64,000 nucleotides of DNA from Candidatus Atelocyanobacterium thalassae (GCA_051971635.1 JBFPLN010000004.1:1-64000); one strand, 5' to 3'; counted from the stretch's first letter, positions 1-13,086 are shown. The notes: generated from the letters alone by a model not told the origin. Made by a program: numbers and translations.

Positions 1-17
1 CCTAAGCTATAAAATAC

Positions 18-851
18 TCATGGCAACCATGGATACTGACTAAAGTTAGGAGCACGTTTTTCTAAGAATGCTTTTTTCCCTTCATTACCTTCGTCTGTCA
101 TATAGTATAGAAGGGTTGTGTTACCTGCTAATTCTTGTAAGCCAGATTGCCCATCACAGTCAGCATTAAAAGCAGATTTTAAGCAACGAATAGCTATAGG
201 ACTTTTTTCTAGAATTTCCATGGACCACCGTACACCTTCTTCTTCTAATTTTTCTGTTGGTACTACACAGTTAACTAAACCCATTTTTAATGCCTCTTCT
301 GCATTGTATTGGCGACAAAGAAACCAAATTTCTCTGGCTTTTTTTTGGCCAACTACTCGAGATAGATAACTGGCTCCAAAGCCACCGTCAAAGCTTCCAA
401 CCTTCGGTCCTGTCTGCCCAAAAATCGCATTGTCTGCTGCAATTGTCAAGTCACACATTAACTGAAGTACATTTCCCCCTCCAATCGCATAACCAGCCAC
501 TAAAGCAATAACTACTTTTGGCAAAGAGCGAATTAGTTTTTGTAAATCAAGAACATTTAAACGAGGAATTCCCTCATTATCTATGTATCCTGATTTCCCT
601 CTAATACTTTGGTCACCGCCCGAGCAAAAAGCGTATTTACCATCTATATGAGGAGATTTTCCCGTCAACAATATTACACCAATAGTACTATCTTCACGGG
701 CATCACAAAAAGCATCATATAGTTCAAAAACGGTTTTTGGACGAAAAGCATTACGTTTATGAGGGCGATTAATAGTTATTTTAGCAATGCCTTTGAATTT
801 ATGATAGAGTATGTCGTCGTAATTTTTTATACTTTGCCACGCAATTTCCAT
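18..851 (-). CDS. menB: 1,4-dihydroxy-2-naphthoyl-CoA synthase
   Basis: Crotonase-fold motifs [28 protein letters not shown] and [10 protein letters not shown] typical of MenB. Confidence 0.97.
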   Translation of the reverse strand: MEIAWQSIKNYDDILYHKFKGIAKITINRPHKRNAFRPKTVFELYDAFCDAREDSTIGVILLTGKSPHIDGKYAFCSGGDQSIRGKSGYIDNEGIPRLNVLDLQKLIRSLPKVVIALVAGYAIGGGNVLQLMCDLTIAADNAIFGQTGPKVGSFDGGFGASYLSRVVGQKKAREIWFLCRQYNAEEALKMGLVNCVVPTEKLEEEGVRWSMEILEKSPIAIRCLKSAFNADCDGQSGLQELAGNTTLLYYMTDEGNEGKKAFLEKRAPNFSQYPWLP

Positions 852-1195
852 TAGTTAGAGTCGGCATATTTTTACAGTATATAAACAATACTACAAGTCA
901 CGTCCTTTCTGTCCTAATTTATGTAAACTTTATCTAAAAGTATGATAAATACCTTTCTTAGGTAAATAATCAATTTTTATACTTTTCTGCTTAAATAATA
1001 ATACCATCGCTTTAATAGTAATTAAATTAATATTTATTTAAAAAATTAATTTTTCAATGCAGAACTTTTTAGGAACATCTAAATTCTTTACTTTTTAACC
1101 AAGCAATTAATAATCAGGTTGTTTGCAGATATATTTGATATAAAATATATAAGTAATAATCTTTTTTATTAGATATAGTTAATTCTAAACAATTG

Positions 1196-2314
1196 TTAAT
1201 ATAACCATCCTTTAAGACGACGAGCAACTTGAGGGCGGCGTAATTTTCTCATAGCTTTACTTTGGATTTGACGCACCCTTTCACGTGATAAATTAAAAAC
1301 TCCTCCCACTTCTTCTAATGTATGTGGCTGAGAAGTACACAATCCATAGCGTAAAGCGATTACATCTTTTTCTCTCTGTGTTAGAACATCGCTTAAAACG
1401 GCTGATACTTCATACCGTAGCATTCCTTCATTCATAAATTCTTCTGGAAGTTGTAACTCTTGGTCTTCTAATAAATCAGCTAACTCAGTATCTTCATCTT
1501 TTCCAACTCTATGGTTGAGGGATAGAGATTGGCGACGTAATTGTAATAATTGACGTAATTGGATGACAGTAACCTCTAATTTATCAGCTAATTCTTTCTC
1601 ATTTGGGTTGCGCTGTAATTCTTGCTTAAGTATACTTTGAACCTTTTTCAGTCTATTTAGTTTTTCCATAACATGTATGGGAAGGCGAATTATTCGAGCA
1701 TCATTGGCAATAGTACGAGTGATAGCTTGACGGATCCACCAATAGGCATAAGTTGAGAATTTATATCCTTTATTGGGATCAAATTTTTCTGTAGCTCTAT
1801 TAAGACCAATAGCCCCTTCCTGAATTAGATCTAAAAAGGGTACTCCACGATTAAGATAACGCTTAGCAATAGAAACTACTAAGCGTAAATTAGAACGAAT
1901 TATTTTACGCTTTGCTATACGTCCTTGATATAAATAATGTTCGAACTGCTTTGGGTTATCAAATGTCATAGCTTTAAGCCATTCCATTTTAGTCGGAGGA
2001 CGATTCAGAATTTTTTGAAGTTGTTTATGTTTTTCTTCAGCTTTCATTAGAAATTGTACATTTTTGGCTAAACTAATTTCTTCTTCTGCCTTTAGAAGTG
2101 GATAACGAGACATTTCTTTAAAAAATGATCCAATTGTGTTGTCGGAGGTGGTTTTATAATACTCGTCAGTATCTTGTTTATTTATATTACTAGATACAAT
2201 TTCAACCTCCATGATCTGTGAATTTGAAACGACTTGTTCAGGTTCAATTATCTCAAATGCAGATAATTTCAATTCATCTACTAATTTCGTTTGCATCATT
2301 TGTTTTGTACTCAT
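1196..2314 (-). CDS. sigE: Group 2 RNA polymerase sigma factor, SigE type
   Basis: Sigma70 regions 2 and 4 (NLRLVVSIAKRY, DLIQEG, YKFSTYAYWWIRQAITR, SRERVRQI). The segments 'FFKEMSRYPLL' and 'RRQSLSLNHRVGK' resemble Synechocystis SigE as I recall it. Confidence 0.85.
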   Translation of the reverse strand: MSTKQMMQTKLVDELKLSAFEIIEPEQVVSNSQIMEVEIVSSNINKQDTDEYYKTTSDNTIGSFFKEMSRYPLLKAEEEISLAKNVQFLMKAEEKHKQLQKILNRPPTKMEWLKAMTFDNPKQFEHYLYQGRIAKRKIIRSNLRLVVSIAKRYLNRGVPFLDLIQEGAIGLNRATEKFDPNKGYKFSTYAYWWIRQAITRTIANDARIIRLPIHVMEKLNRLKKVQSILKQELQRNPNEKELADKLEVTVIQLRQLLQLRRQSLSLNHRVGKDEDTELADLLEDQELQLPEEFMNEGMLRYEVSAVLSDVLTQREKDVIALRYGLCTSQPHTLEEVGGVFNLSRERVRQIQSKAMRKLRRPQVARRLKGWLY

Positions 2315-2758
2315 TAAGCTAGTAACTCCGAAAAATTAGATAAATTCAATAAGCTTGAAAGTAATAAAAAGAGATTATTTTAAATTTTTAAAGCTTTAAA
2401 ATCTACTAAACATTAATTAGTTATAAAAATAATTTCAATAACTGTAAATGTTAATAAACTTTTATTTAGACAGTTAGATTTTTCAAACAAAAAATATAAG
2501 AAAATTCATAAACGTAATAAAATTTAGTTCATATTATTAATAAACTATAGAAAAGATTGAATACTTGACGAATTAACAAGATTGTTGTTGTATTTCGCTA
2601 TAGATTGATCAAGAAAATTTAAGACGTTTCATAATTTTTTCTAGGTTAGGATTACAAGTTACAAAGATAATTTTTCTTTCTATTAGTTAACTTATCCGAT
2701 TCTGGGGGATAATTTCACCCTTGTAGAGATAATCTTCAACTTTTCCTTATCTTCTTAT

Positions 2759-2829
2759 AAAGAGATAGAAATAAAAGCTATTATCTTTTTATAAATTTTC
2801 TTAACTTTTAGAAAGATTTCTATCTCTTT
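2759..2829. repeat. 14-bp perfect inverted repeat with 43-nt spacer between divergent sigE and priA
   Basis: AAAGAGATAGAAAT (2759-2772) and ATTTCTATCTCTTT (2816-2829). Confidence 0.7.
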
Positions 2830-2991
2830 TCAGAGGAATTATTATGCTATTTAAGAAACAATAATTTTTCTTGTTTTAAAAATTTTATTCATTATAAATT
2901 CTAATATTAATTATAAATAAAACTTATAAATCTTATTTAGAGTTGAAGAATAGTCAATATTTTCTTAAACTTCAATAATATATCCATATTA

Positions 2992-5469
2992 TTGAAAGAT
3001 TTAATGTTTCCTAAACAAAGAGATTTTCCTAGATCTGGTCAATTAAATTTTCGGCTGGTTGAAATTTTAGTTGACTGTCCAGGATTAGAAAAACCGTACA
3101 CTTATGGTGTTCCTCCAAACTTATTCATAAAACCTGGTGATATCGTAAATGTTCCCTTTAAAGCAAGAATTATAGGTGGTGTTGTTCTTTGTTATGTCAG
3201 TTCTTTTCCACATAATCTTGATTTTAGAAAAATTAAGTATATCAATGATGTAATTACAACAAGCTTTTTTTCTGAGAAGTATTGGAAACTGCTAGAACAA
3301 GTTGCGCAATACTATCATACTGACTTAGTCAATGTTATTAAAGCAGCTTTACCTCCAAAGATTTTAGGAAGGTCGCAGAGAAGAATTCGTTTAGTAACAG
3401 AAATAATGAATTATAAAACGAAAGATTTTCCCAATTCTAGTATCAAGATTTTAGATTTACTTCAGAAAGGAAAAAATAAAAGTTATAGTGTTAAATATTT
3501 GCAGAATAAAATTGAAGATTTCCATGCAGGAATTAAATTCTTAAAAAATTTGGGTTTGATAGAAGATTACTTAGAAATGCCTAAGAATTCTCAAATCAGA
3601 CAACAAAAATTAGTAGTACGATTAAAAAAATACGATTCTGGTGATTTAACTGTAAAACAGTTAGTAGTTTTACAGGTTTTACAGCTCAACAACGATAGCA
3701 TGTCACTGAGTGAATTATTAACGGCTAGTCAGGTTAGCTTTTCAGTAGTTCAGGCTTTGGAGAAGAAAAAATACTTACATATCGAGTATAAGGAAAAACT
3801 AAGATTATCGAGACAAGAATTCAAGAAAATAGAGCTGAAAAGAACTTTAACAACAAATCAATCTAAAACCTTAGATATTATTAATAACTTACAAGAGTAT
3901 GCTGAAGTATTACTACATGGAGTAACTGGTTCAGGTAAAACCGAAGTTTATATACAGGCAGTATCCAAATTAATAGATAAGGGTAAATCTGCATTAGTTT
4001 TAGTACCTGAGATTGGTTTAACTACTCAGCTAATGGATAGGTTTCAAGAAAGATTTGGTATCTTGGTTTCTGTTTATCATAGTAATTTATCTGATGGAGA
4101 AAGATATGATACTTGGCGAGAGATGTTAAATGAAAGGCCCCAAATAGTCGTTGGCACTAGATCTGCAGTTTTTGCTCCTTTGCCTAATTTAGGAATAATA
4201 ATCTTAGATGAGGAACATGATTCTAGTTTTAAACAAACACAAACTGCTCCAACTTACCATACAAGGAAGGTTGCAAAAATGAGAGGTGTTTTAGAAAATT
4301 GTCCAGTTATCTTAGGTTCAGCGACACCTTCTTTAGAGACGTGGTTTTCTGTCCACCAACCTGAACTATCGTCTTCAAAATCATACTATTTATCATTACC
4401 AGAGAGAATAAATTCAAGACCGTTACCCTCCATTGAAATCGTTGATATGAGGAATGAATTAAAACAAGGAAATAGATCCATCTTTAGTCGTTCGTTACAA
4501 AATTCATTAGGTAATCTAAAGAAACAACATCATCAAGCAATTCTTTTTATTGGTCGTAGAGGACATAGTACTTTTGTATCGTGCAGGAGTTGTGGATATG
4601 TGATGAAGTGCTCTAATTGTGATGTTTCACTTACTTATCACTATGATAATAACTTTCCTGGAGTATTGAAGTGTCACTATTGTAACAGTTCAATAAATCA
4701 GCCTACAAAGTGTCCTAAGTGTAAATCGTCATATTTTAAATTTTTTGGAAATGGAACTCAAAAGGTAACTGAAGCTTTGAATAAGGAATTTCCTGAGCTA
4801 AGCTTTTTAAGATTTGATAGTGATACTACTCGCTATAAAGGCTCTTACCGCAGCTTATTGGATAAGTTTTCTCAAGGGAAGGTCGATGTTCTAATAGGAA
4901 CACAAATGCTAACTAAAGGGTTAGACATAGACAAAGTAATTTTAGTAGGTGTTGTTTCTGCAGACGGGTTATTATATTTATCTGATTATTATGCCTCAGA
5001 AAGGGCTTTTCAAACATTAATGCAAGTATCAGGAAGGGCTGGAAGAGGTAAAGAACCTGGGCAAGTAATTATACAGACTTATGTCCCTGAGAATATAGTT
5101 ATTCAAACAGTCAAAGAACACAACTATGAGTCTTTTGTACAACAAGAGTTAACTCAAAGAAAAGAGCTAAATCTTCCTCCTTATGGACATTTAATATTAA
5201 TTCAGTTAAGCAGCTTAGATGCCATGGAGGTTGAAAAAACAGCTAAGATTTTTTATGATTTTTTGGTAAAAAATTTTAGCTTAGATTGTGAAATTTTAGG
5301 TCCTGCACCTGCCAATATAATTAAATTAGAAAAACGTTATAGATGGCAAATATTACTTAAGTTTAAATCAAGATTCCAAACTACTAATTTTAGAATAAGA
5401 ACTTGGTATAAAGTATGTTCACCATCAGTTCAACTTAAAGTTGATATCGATCCAATATATATTAATTAA
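2992..5469 (+). CDS. priA: Primosomal protein N' (replication restart helicase)
   Basis: GVTGSGKTEVY, DEEHD, GSATPS, four CxxC pairs, GTQMLTKGLD, QVSGRAGR. Start codon uncertain. Confidence 0.96.
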   Translation: MKDLMFPKQRDFPRSGQLNFRLVEILVDCPGLEKPYTYGVPPNLFIKPGDIVNVPFKARIIGGVVLCYVSSFPHNLDFRKIKYINDVITTSFFSEKYWKLLEQVAQYYHTDLVNVIKAALPPKILGRSQRRIRLVTEIMNYKTKDFPNSSIKILDLLQKGKNKSYSVKYLQNKIEDFHAGIKFLKNLGLIEDYLEMPKNSQIRQQKLVVRLKKYDSGDLTVKQLVVLQVLQLNNDSMSLSELLTASQVSFSVVQALEKKKYLHIEYKEKLRLSRQEFKKIELKRTLTTNQSKTLDIINNLQEYAEVLLHGVTGSGKTEVYIQAVSKLIDKGKSALVLVPEIGLTTQLMDRFQERFGILVSVYHSNLSDGERYDTWREMLNERPQIVVGTRSAVFAPLPNLGIIILDEEHDSSFKQTQTAPTYHTRKVAKMRGVLENCPVILGSATPSLETWFSVHQPELSSSKSYYLSLPERINSRPLPSIEIVDMRNELKQGNRSIFSRSLQNSLGNLKKQHHQAILFIGRRGHSTFVSCRSCGYVMKCSNCDVSLTYHYDNNFPGVLKCHYCNSSINQPTKCPKCKSSYFKFFGNGTQKVTEALNKEFPELSFLRFDSDTTRYKGSYRSLLDKFSQGKVDVLIGTQMLTKGLDIDKVILVGVVSADGLLYLSDYYASERAFQTLMQVSGRAGRGKEPGQVIIQTYVPENIVIQTVKEHNYESFVQQELTQRKELNLPPYGHLILIQLSSLDAMEVEKTAKIFYDFLVKNFSLDCEILGPAPANIIKLEKRYRWQILLKFKSRFQTTNFRIRTWYKVCSPSVQLKVDIDPIYIN

Positions 5470-5930
5470 CTGTTTTATCTCAAAAATTAAAAACAAATAA
5501 CTATTAACTATATGTAAGTAAATCAATTTTATGAATAAAACTAGAGAAAACATCTTCAGACTTATTCATTTTAATTAAATAATAGAAATCTTATAATTAC
5601 TTAAAAAGTAACCGTAAAATTGTTATTGATCTGATAAAAATTTTAGATATTTACTTGATACATTAATGCATATTTCATCGGTATTTAAAAAATATAGAAT
5701 TAATGTTCTTTTATCCATGCTTCCTTGATTATCAGCCAAAATATAAATATTTATTACTATGAGATTAAATATTAAGTTATTAATACATCTAATCTTAATT
5801 TCAATATTGCTTTGAATAAAATTTTGAAAGAATTTGATTCAAGCTTAATCTTTAAAAGTATTTTTTGGATAAAGTTATTTTGTGTAAAAAAATTATAGTG
5901 CATTACTAAATAACGTAATTATTTTGACAT

Positions 5931-6023
5931 TATAATAACTAGAGATATTTTGCTTAACAATATTTATAATAGTTACTTCTATCTTTTTGTAGAGAATTAA
6001 GTAAAATATCTCTAGTTACTATA
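5931..6023. repeat. 27-bp inverted repeat (2 mismatches), 39-nt spacer, upstream of hemL
   Basis: TATAATAACTAGAGATATTTTGCTTAA (5931-5957) and TTAAGTAAAATATCTCTAGTTACTATA (5997-6023). Confidence 0.85.
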
Positions 6024-6106
6024 ACTGATAATTATAAAGTCTTATTCATTAGAATTAAAAAAATATACTACTTGATATAGGCTTTATTCTATAAATATTT
6101 TACATA

Positions 6107-7423
6107 ATGTGGAGACCAGTTTTGAAGACGAACACATCATTAATCACTAAAAAATCTGAAGAAATTTTTTCTGCTGCGCAAAAGTTAATGCCAGGTGGAG
6201 TTAGTTCTCCTGTAAGAGCATTTAAATCTGTTAATGGACAACCTATTGTTTTTGATCGTGTTAAAGGAGCTTATGCTTGGGATGTAGATGGAAATCAATA
6301 TATTGATTATGTAGGAACTTGGGGGCCTGCTATTTGTGGTCATGCTCATCCAGAGGTAATAGACTCGTTAAATAAAGCTTTAGAAAAAGGAACAAGCTTT
6401 GGAGCTCCATCTTTGTTAGAAAATATATTAGCAGAAATGGTTATTAAAGCTGTTCCAAGTATTGAAATGGTTCGTTTTGTTAATTCTGGAACTGAAGCAT
6501 GTATGTCAGTATTACGTTTAATGCGAGCATTTACTGGCCGCGAAAAAATTATAAAATTTGAGGGTTGTTATCATGGTCATGCTGATACATTTTTAGTTAA
6601 AGCTGGCTCTGGAGTTGCGACTTTAGGTCTTCCTGATTCGCCAGGAGTACCTAAAAGTACTACTGCTAACACATTAACTGCACCTTACAATGACTTAGAA
6701 GCAGTAAAAGCTTTATTTGCAGAAAACCCCAATGATATAGCTGGAATAATCCTTGAGCCTGTAGTAGGAAATTCAGGTTTTATCAAACCAAATCCAGGAT
6801 TTTTAGAAGGTTTACGGGAATTAACTACAACTAATAATGCATTGTTGACATTCGACGAGGTGATGACAGGTTTTCGCATCTCTTATGGAGGAGCTCAGCA
6901 AAAATTAGGAGTAACTCCTGATTTAACAACGTTGGGTAAAATAATAGGTGGAGGATTACCTGTAGGAGCTTACGGAGGACGTGCAGATATCATGTCTATG
7001 GTTGCTCCAGCTGGACCAATGTATCAAGCAGGTACTTTGTCTGGCAATCCATTAGCTATGACAGCTGGAATTAAAACATTAGAAATATTACAAAAACCAG
7101 AAACTTATACAAAATTAGAGCAACTAACAAAACAATTAAATGAAGGATTGCTAAAAATAGCTAAAGATAAAGGGCACTCTGTTTGCGGTAGCTATTCTGG
7201 AGCTATGTTTGGACTGTTCTTTACCGAAGGACCTGTACACAACTATGATGATGCAAAAAAATCTGATTTAAATAAATTTAGTCGTTTTCATAGGAGTATG
7301 CTAGAAAGAGGTGTTTATCTTGCTCCCTCTCAGTTTGAGGCTGGATTTATGTCTTTAGCTCATACTGACCAAGATGTTGAAGAAACTTTGTCAATAGCTA
7401 GTGATGTATTCTCAATCTTATAA
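6107..7423 (+). CDS. hemL: Glutamate-1-semialdehyde 2,1-aminomutase
   Basis: [52 protein letters not shown]. Confidence 0.98.
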   Translation: MWRPVLKTNTSLITKKSEEIFSAAQKLMPGGVSSPVRAFKSVNGQPIVFDRVKGAYAWDVDGNQYIDYVGTWGPAICGHAHPEVIDSLNKALEKGTSFGAPSLLENILAEMVIKAVPSIEMVRFVNSGTEACMSVLRLMRAFTGREKIIKFEGCYHGHADTFLVKAGSGVATLGLPDSPGVPKSTTANTLTAPYNDLEAVKALFAENPNDIAGIILEPVVGNSGFIKPNPGFLEGLRELTTTNNALLTFDEVMTGFRISYGGAQQKLGVTPDLTTLGKIIGGGLPVGAYGGRADIMSMVAPAGPMYQAGTLSGNPLAMTAGIKTLEILQKPETYTKLEQLTKQLNEGLLKIAKDKGHSVCGSYSGAMFGLFFTEGPVHNYDDAKKSDLNKFSRFHRSMLERGVYLAPSQFEAGFMSLAHTDQDVEETLSIASDVFSIL

Positions 7424-7445
7424 GTAAACAGAAATAATTTAAATC

Positions 7446-7481
7446 ATGCAAAGTCCAGTATTACCATACTAGACTTTGCAT
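7446..7481 (+). terminator. Stem-loop after hemL
   Basis: ATGCAAAGTCCAGTA...TACTAGACTTTGCAT, 22 nt after the stop. Confidence 0.7.
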
Positions 7482-8023
7482 AATATTTAATAAAGAAAAT
7501 TACAAAATTTTATATCTAAACTTTCTTTATATCTTTTAATTAGTTTATATATTGATTTAATATGAAAACTTATTGAATTAAAGCAGAGTGATTTCTAGTT
7601 TCTGCTTAAGTAGTAATGGATTTTTAATAATTTTTTTATGGGCTTGTATTGTTACCACTTCATTTTCAAGCTTATGCAATAAAAACATATATGTTGCTCT
7701 TAATTGTATGAAATTAATGATGGAACTTTTATCCTAGGTTAAGAACTTGTCTCTATCAAGTGATATTTTTGAAAAATTTAATAATTTATTACAGAGTCTG
7801 GTTCGTAAAAAAACTAGTATAATTTTTAAATCTTAACCCTTCATTTCTTAAACATATTAATACTTAAAAATATTAGTTGTAAAATTTAAATATTGGCATC
7901 AAGTGTGATATTTTCAACCAGATACTACTATTTTTAGTACTATAGACACTTTATAAAACAGATAACAAATATCATGTTGGATTATGAAAAAGTTGTCACC
8001 TCAATAATATTTTTGTAGCATAA

Positions 8024-9169
<1,146 letters not shown>

Positions 9170-9263
9170 TTTCATTTTAGTTGACTATAAAATTCTTTAG
9201 GTATTTTTTAAGCTATAAAGGAAAGTAAACCTTCTTGAAAGAATCAGAATATCAGTAGAAATT

Positions 9264-9292
9264 AACACTTAAATCCTATCTATTTAAGTGTT
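9264..9292 (+). terminator. 11-bp stem-loop after tgt
   Basis: AACACTTAAAT and ATTTAAGTGTT. Confidence 0.55.
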
Positions 9293-9452
9293 TAACTTTG
9301 TAATATTTCGTATAGTAATCTTCGATATATGATATTTATATTTTCTTAAATTTTATAAGAGAAATATTTAAACTTTAGCTGATATACTTATGGTTATTTA
9401 CTATTATTAAAAATTATTTCTATAGTTAAAATTTATTATTAATGTAATCTTT

Positions 9453-10643
9453 ATGAAAAAAAAGACATTACGTATTTGTATTGTTGGAGGAGGTTTTGGT
9501 GGTCTTTATACAGCTTTAAGGCTTTCTAGATTGTTTTTAGAAGACGATAACTGTCCAATAATAACTTTGATTGATAAAAATAATTATTTCTTATTTACTC
9601 CACTTCTCTATGAATTAATAACTGATGAAATTGAAGAGTGGGAAATTGCTATACCTTTCAAAGAATTATTAAACAATACAAATATTTATTTTAAACAAGG
9701 GTTAGTAACCAACATTGATACAAAAGAGCAAATCATTCAATTAGAAAATGACAGTAACTTATTCTATGATAAAATCGTTTTTGCTATGGGCGTAGGACCC
9801 TCTTTAGATAGTTGTATTGGAGCTCAAGAGAACGCTATCCCATTTCGAACACTCGATGATGTCTATCGTATTAAAAAACATTTATTATCATTAAAAAGAA
9901 AGCAAGCTGAAAGATTCCGTATAATTGTTGTTGGCGGTGGAAGTAGTGGGGTAGAAATAGCTTGTAAGCTGGCAGATCTTCTAGGAGAAAAAGCTAGAAT
10001 CCGCTTAGTAGAAAAGAATAAAAATATCTTAAAAAGCTGTTCCTATTTCAGCCAGAATGTTGCAAACGAAGCACTAAAATCTCGCCACATTTTTGTTAAT
10101 TTAAGAACAGAAGTTACTCAAGTTTCTAGCAACAACTTATATTTACTGCACAAAAATCAAACTAGTACTGTTCCTGTAGATTTAGTACTTTGGACTATAG
10201 GCACCAAAAGTTTAGAGATTACCAATAAGTTACCCTTACCTAAAAATTCGAAAGGAGCATTAGTAATCAACTCTAAACTACAAATAATTAATCATCCTGA
10301 AATGTTTGCAATTGGTGATGTAGCAGAATATCAAAACAATTTGGGAAATACACTATACCACACAGCTCAGACTGCACTTCAACAAGCAGATTATTGTGCT
10401 TGGAATATTTGGGCATCAGTTACACAAAATTCTCTTTTATCTTTTTCTTATCAGCCATTGGGAGAAATGATAGTACTAGGTAATAGAAATGCTGCGCTAT
10501 CTTCTTTAGGAATTAAGCTGGAAGGTTCCTTAGCTTATCTTGCAAGACGTTTAATTTACTTGTATCGTTTACCTACTCATAAATATCAATTAACTGTCGG
10601 AGTAAATTTTATAATTAAACCACTTCTTAAACTGCTGTCATAG
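9453..10643 (+). CDS. ndbB: Type II NAD(P)H:quinone oxidoreductase, NdbB / demethylphylloquinone reductase-like
   Basis: Two Rossmann motifs (GGGFGG, VGGGSSGVE), FTPLLYEL, AIGD, QQADYCAWN. N-terminus resembles the Synechocystis NdbB clade. Confidence 0.75.
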   Translation: MKKKTLRICIVGGGFGGLYTALRLSRLFLEDDNCPIITLIDKNNYFLFTPLLYELITDEIEEWEIAIPFKELLNNTNIYFKQGLVTNIDTKEQIIQLENDSNLFYDKIVFAMGVGPSLDSCIGAQENAIPFRTLDDVYRIKKHLLSLKRKQAERFRIIVVGGGSSGVEIACKLADLLGEKARIRLVEKNKNILKSCSYFSQNVANEALKSRHIFVNLRTEVTQVSSNNLYLLHKNQTSTVPVDLVLWTIGTKSLEITNKLPLPKNSKGALVINSKLQIINHPEMFAIGDVAEYQNNLGNTLYHTAQTALQQADYCAWNIWASVTQNSLLSFSYQPLGEMIVLGNRNAALSSLGIKLEGSLAYLARRLIYLYRLPTHKYQLTVGVNFIIKPLLKLLS

Positions 10644-10666
10644 TAACTGAAATAAGTAATTATTAA

Positions 10667-10814
10667 TTATCTATTTTAATTAAATAAAACTAAAATATTA
10701 CTTAAGTTATTCAAATAATATTTTAGTTTTGTTTAATTAAAATAGATAACATAATTAATAATATCCTTATCAATTAAAAAGAAAGTATCTTTTGTTTTAA
10801 TTGATAAGAATATT
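10667..10814. terminator. Two tandem long hairpins (34-bp and 20-bp stems) between convergent ndbB and aar
   Basis: 10667-10700 pairs with 10716-10749 (1 mismatch); 10760-10779 pairs with 10795-10814 (1 mismatch). Confidence 0.8.
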
Positions 10815-10822
10815 GTTAACCA

Positions 10823-11845
10823 CTACCATTTAAGTAATGGCTGAAAGCCGTGCTTGATAGATGCTTCTCCAATTTGCTTCATTTTAGATACAGTAATTTG
10901 ATTACGTCCCCAAGAGAAACTTGTATACCATTGTTCAAACTCTAGTAGTACTGCTTCTGCGAAACAAGCAAACATTTGACGAGAAGGGATATCCATATTA
11001 ACAATATCCATTATCTTCCAATTAATATCTAAGGAGTGTTCTACTATCCCCCCTTTTAGAACGTGAATATCAGGGTGCTGAATTTGTGTTCCTAAATTTT
11101 TGGGATAACCTCCATCAATTACTAAACAAGGCTTTTTGAGAACCTCAGAGTTAATTTTCACTCCTTTTGGCATACTTGCTACCCAAACAATAATATCGGC
11201 TTTAGGCAAAGCTTCTTCTAAACCTATAATCTGTCCTCGATTTAATTCATTACGCAACTTTTGCAGTCTTTCCTGATTGCGAGCAATTAACAGAAGTTCC
11301 TGGACATCGGTTGTATCATTTAACCAGCGACAAACAGCACTTCCTATATCTCCTGTCGCACCACAAACTGCTACGGTTGATTTAGATAAATCAATCCCTA
11401 ATTTTTTAGAAGCTTGTTCTACTTGACGACAGATAATATAAGCCGTATGAGTATTACCTGTTGTGAAATTATTAAACTCTAGGGATATATTACGTACTTG
11501 TTTATTATTTTTAAGATTAAATTCTTCAAAAATAATTGAAGAAAATCCTCCTAATGCTGTTATATTGACATTATTTTTTTGGGCTAAGGCCATGGCGTTT
11601 AATACTTTACGAATTGCTGCCTTAATACGTCGATTAACAAGCATTTCCGGTAAAAAGCAAGACTCAAAATATTTTCCCTCTATGACCTGTCCTGTAATAC
11701 TAGTAACTTGGAAATGATCAACGACTAATGGTGGTGCAGAACACCAAAAATCCAGCCCTTGATTACCGTATTCAGTGTAGCCAAGTTTACCAGCAACGGA
11801 TTGAGCATGTTCTAAATTTGTGAGATGACCTATCAGACCAAACAT
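10823..11845 (-). CDS. aar: Long-chain acyl-ACP reductase (alkane biosynthesis)
   Basis: [56 protein letters not shown]; adjacent to ado. Confidence 0.97.
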   Translation of the reverse strand: MFGLIGHLTNLEHAQSVAGKLGYTEYGNQGLDFWCSAPPLVVDHFQVTSITGQVIEGKYFESCFLPEMLVNRRIKAAIRKVLNAMALAQKNNVNITALGGFSSIIFEEFNLKNNKQVRNISLEFNNFTTGNTHTAYIICRQVEQASKKLGIDLSKSTVAVCGATGDIGSAVCRWLNDTTDVQELLLIARNQERLQKLRNELNRGQIIGLEEALPKADIIVWVASMPKGVKINSEVLKKPCLVIDGGYPKNLGTQIQHPDIHVLKGGIVEHSLDINWKIMDIVNMDIPSRQMFACFAEAVLLEFEQWYTSFSWGRNQITVSKMKQIGEASIKHGFQPLLKW

Positions 11846-11962
11846 TGATTACTTTATAGGATAATTAAGCAGAGAAGAAACTAAATCATAGAAAAAGTTA
11901 AAGCTCTCAATAATCTTAACTCAATACTTAATTATTGATCAGTTTTATCAAAAAAAGTGAAA

Positions 11963-11997
11963 AAGGGTCTAAATATCATAACTATTATTAGACCCTT
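11963..11997 (-). terminator. Stem-loop between ado and aar
   Basis: AAGGGTCTAA and TTAGACCCTT, followed by a T run on the minus strand. Confidence 0.65.
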
Positions 11998-12030
11998 ATG
12001 TACCTATAACAATTTTAAGCTTTTTAATAT

Positions 12031-12726
12031 TTAAGAGGTACATAAACCATGAGAAGACATTCTCATTATTTCGCGAGTAGAGAAACCAATATTTCCTAAT
12101 GCTTCTCCATAACTAATCATAAAGTCTTCAACCAATGCTTCTTTTTCCATCCCTAGTATGCTGGCATCTTGCTCAACTTCGTTTAGCATTTTCCAAACAA
12201 TAGGTAAATTTGTTTTATTTGCTTCTTCTAATTCTAATTTAGATGACTCAAAGTTTTTCTCTAGCCAAACTTCCCCAAAATTTAGATGTTTGTATTCATC
12301 TTTAACAACATTTTCAGTAATCTTACGAGCGAATGGATCTGCCACAGGAATATAAATGTTATAGGCAGCGATCGCAAAAGCTTCAATGATTAAGGCCTGA
12401 ATTAATAAACAAGTAACAACTTTTTTTTCATTTTTTGCTATTTGAAAATTTTCATGAAGTTGAGAAAAGAATTCCTTAGCATACTGCATGTCAGGAACAA
12501 CATTCAAATTTTTACCACAAGCCTGAAAGCCTGTTTTATGACGATTTTCCATTTTTGAAAGACGAACTAGTTCATCTTTATTTTCTGGTAGCATATGTAC
12601 CATATCAAGGTAGTTGTGATATGCTTCTTGTTCTCCTTCAATAACAATGGCATTGATGCGGCTATAAGCATCTTTGTAGGTCTCGCTATTAAAGTCAAGT
12701 TCTGATCGTAAAGCAAGCTCTTGCAT
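12031..12726 (-). CDS. ado: Aldehyde-deformylating oxygenase
   Basis: [19 protein letters not shown], di-iron ExxH motifs (ENRH, EYKH), [18 protein letters not shown]. Confidence 0.97.
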   Translation of the reverse strand: MQELALRSELDFNSETYKDAYSRINAIVIEGEQEAYHNYLDMVHMLPENKDELVRLSKMENRHKTGFQACGKNLNVVPDMQYAKEFFSQLHENFQIAKNEKKVVTCLLIQALIIEAFAIAAYNIYIPVADPFARKITENVVKDEYKHLNFGEVWLEKNFESSKLELEEANKTNLPIVWKMLNEVEQDASILGMEKEALVEDFMISYGEALGNIGFSTREIMRMSSHGLCTS

Positions 12727-13086
12727 AATCTAATTTATCTCCTATAGTTTATTAACTAAGTTAATGTTGAAAGTGATGTCTCTAATAAAATAAAGGACTT
12801 TGGTTATTAAGTCCAACTTGGCTACTACACGATAATATAAGTTCAATTCTAGTGTATAAAATTAAAATAAGAGAAATTAAACTATTAAACTATTTAATAT
12901 AATTTAAATTATATTTTTTTGTATTCATATTCAGCTCAAATATTCAGTATAGCTATTACATAACTGTTTATAGTATTTATAACTTTGTATTTTCTTAAAT
13001 GTTTTTAAGGAACCTTTAAGCCTTAATTACTACTAAGACTGTTAGATTAGATGATGATTGTCTAAATGATAGTGTGAGGAAGTATT

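Noticed and set aside
9170..9452. psbK relic after tgt
   Set aside because: Expected from synteny in some cyanobacteria, but only a trivial EYQ match was found
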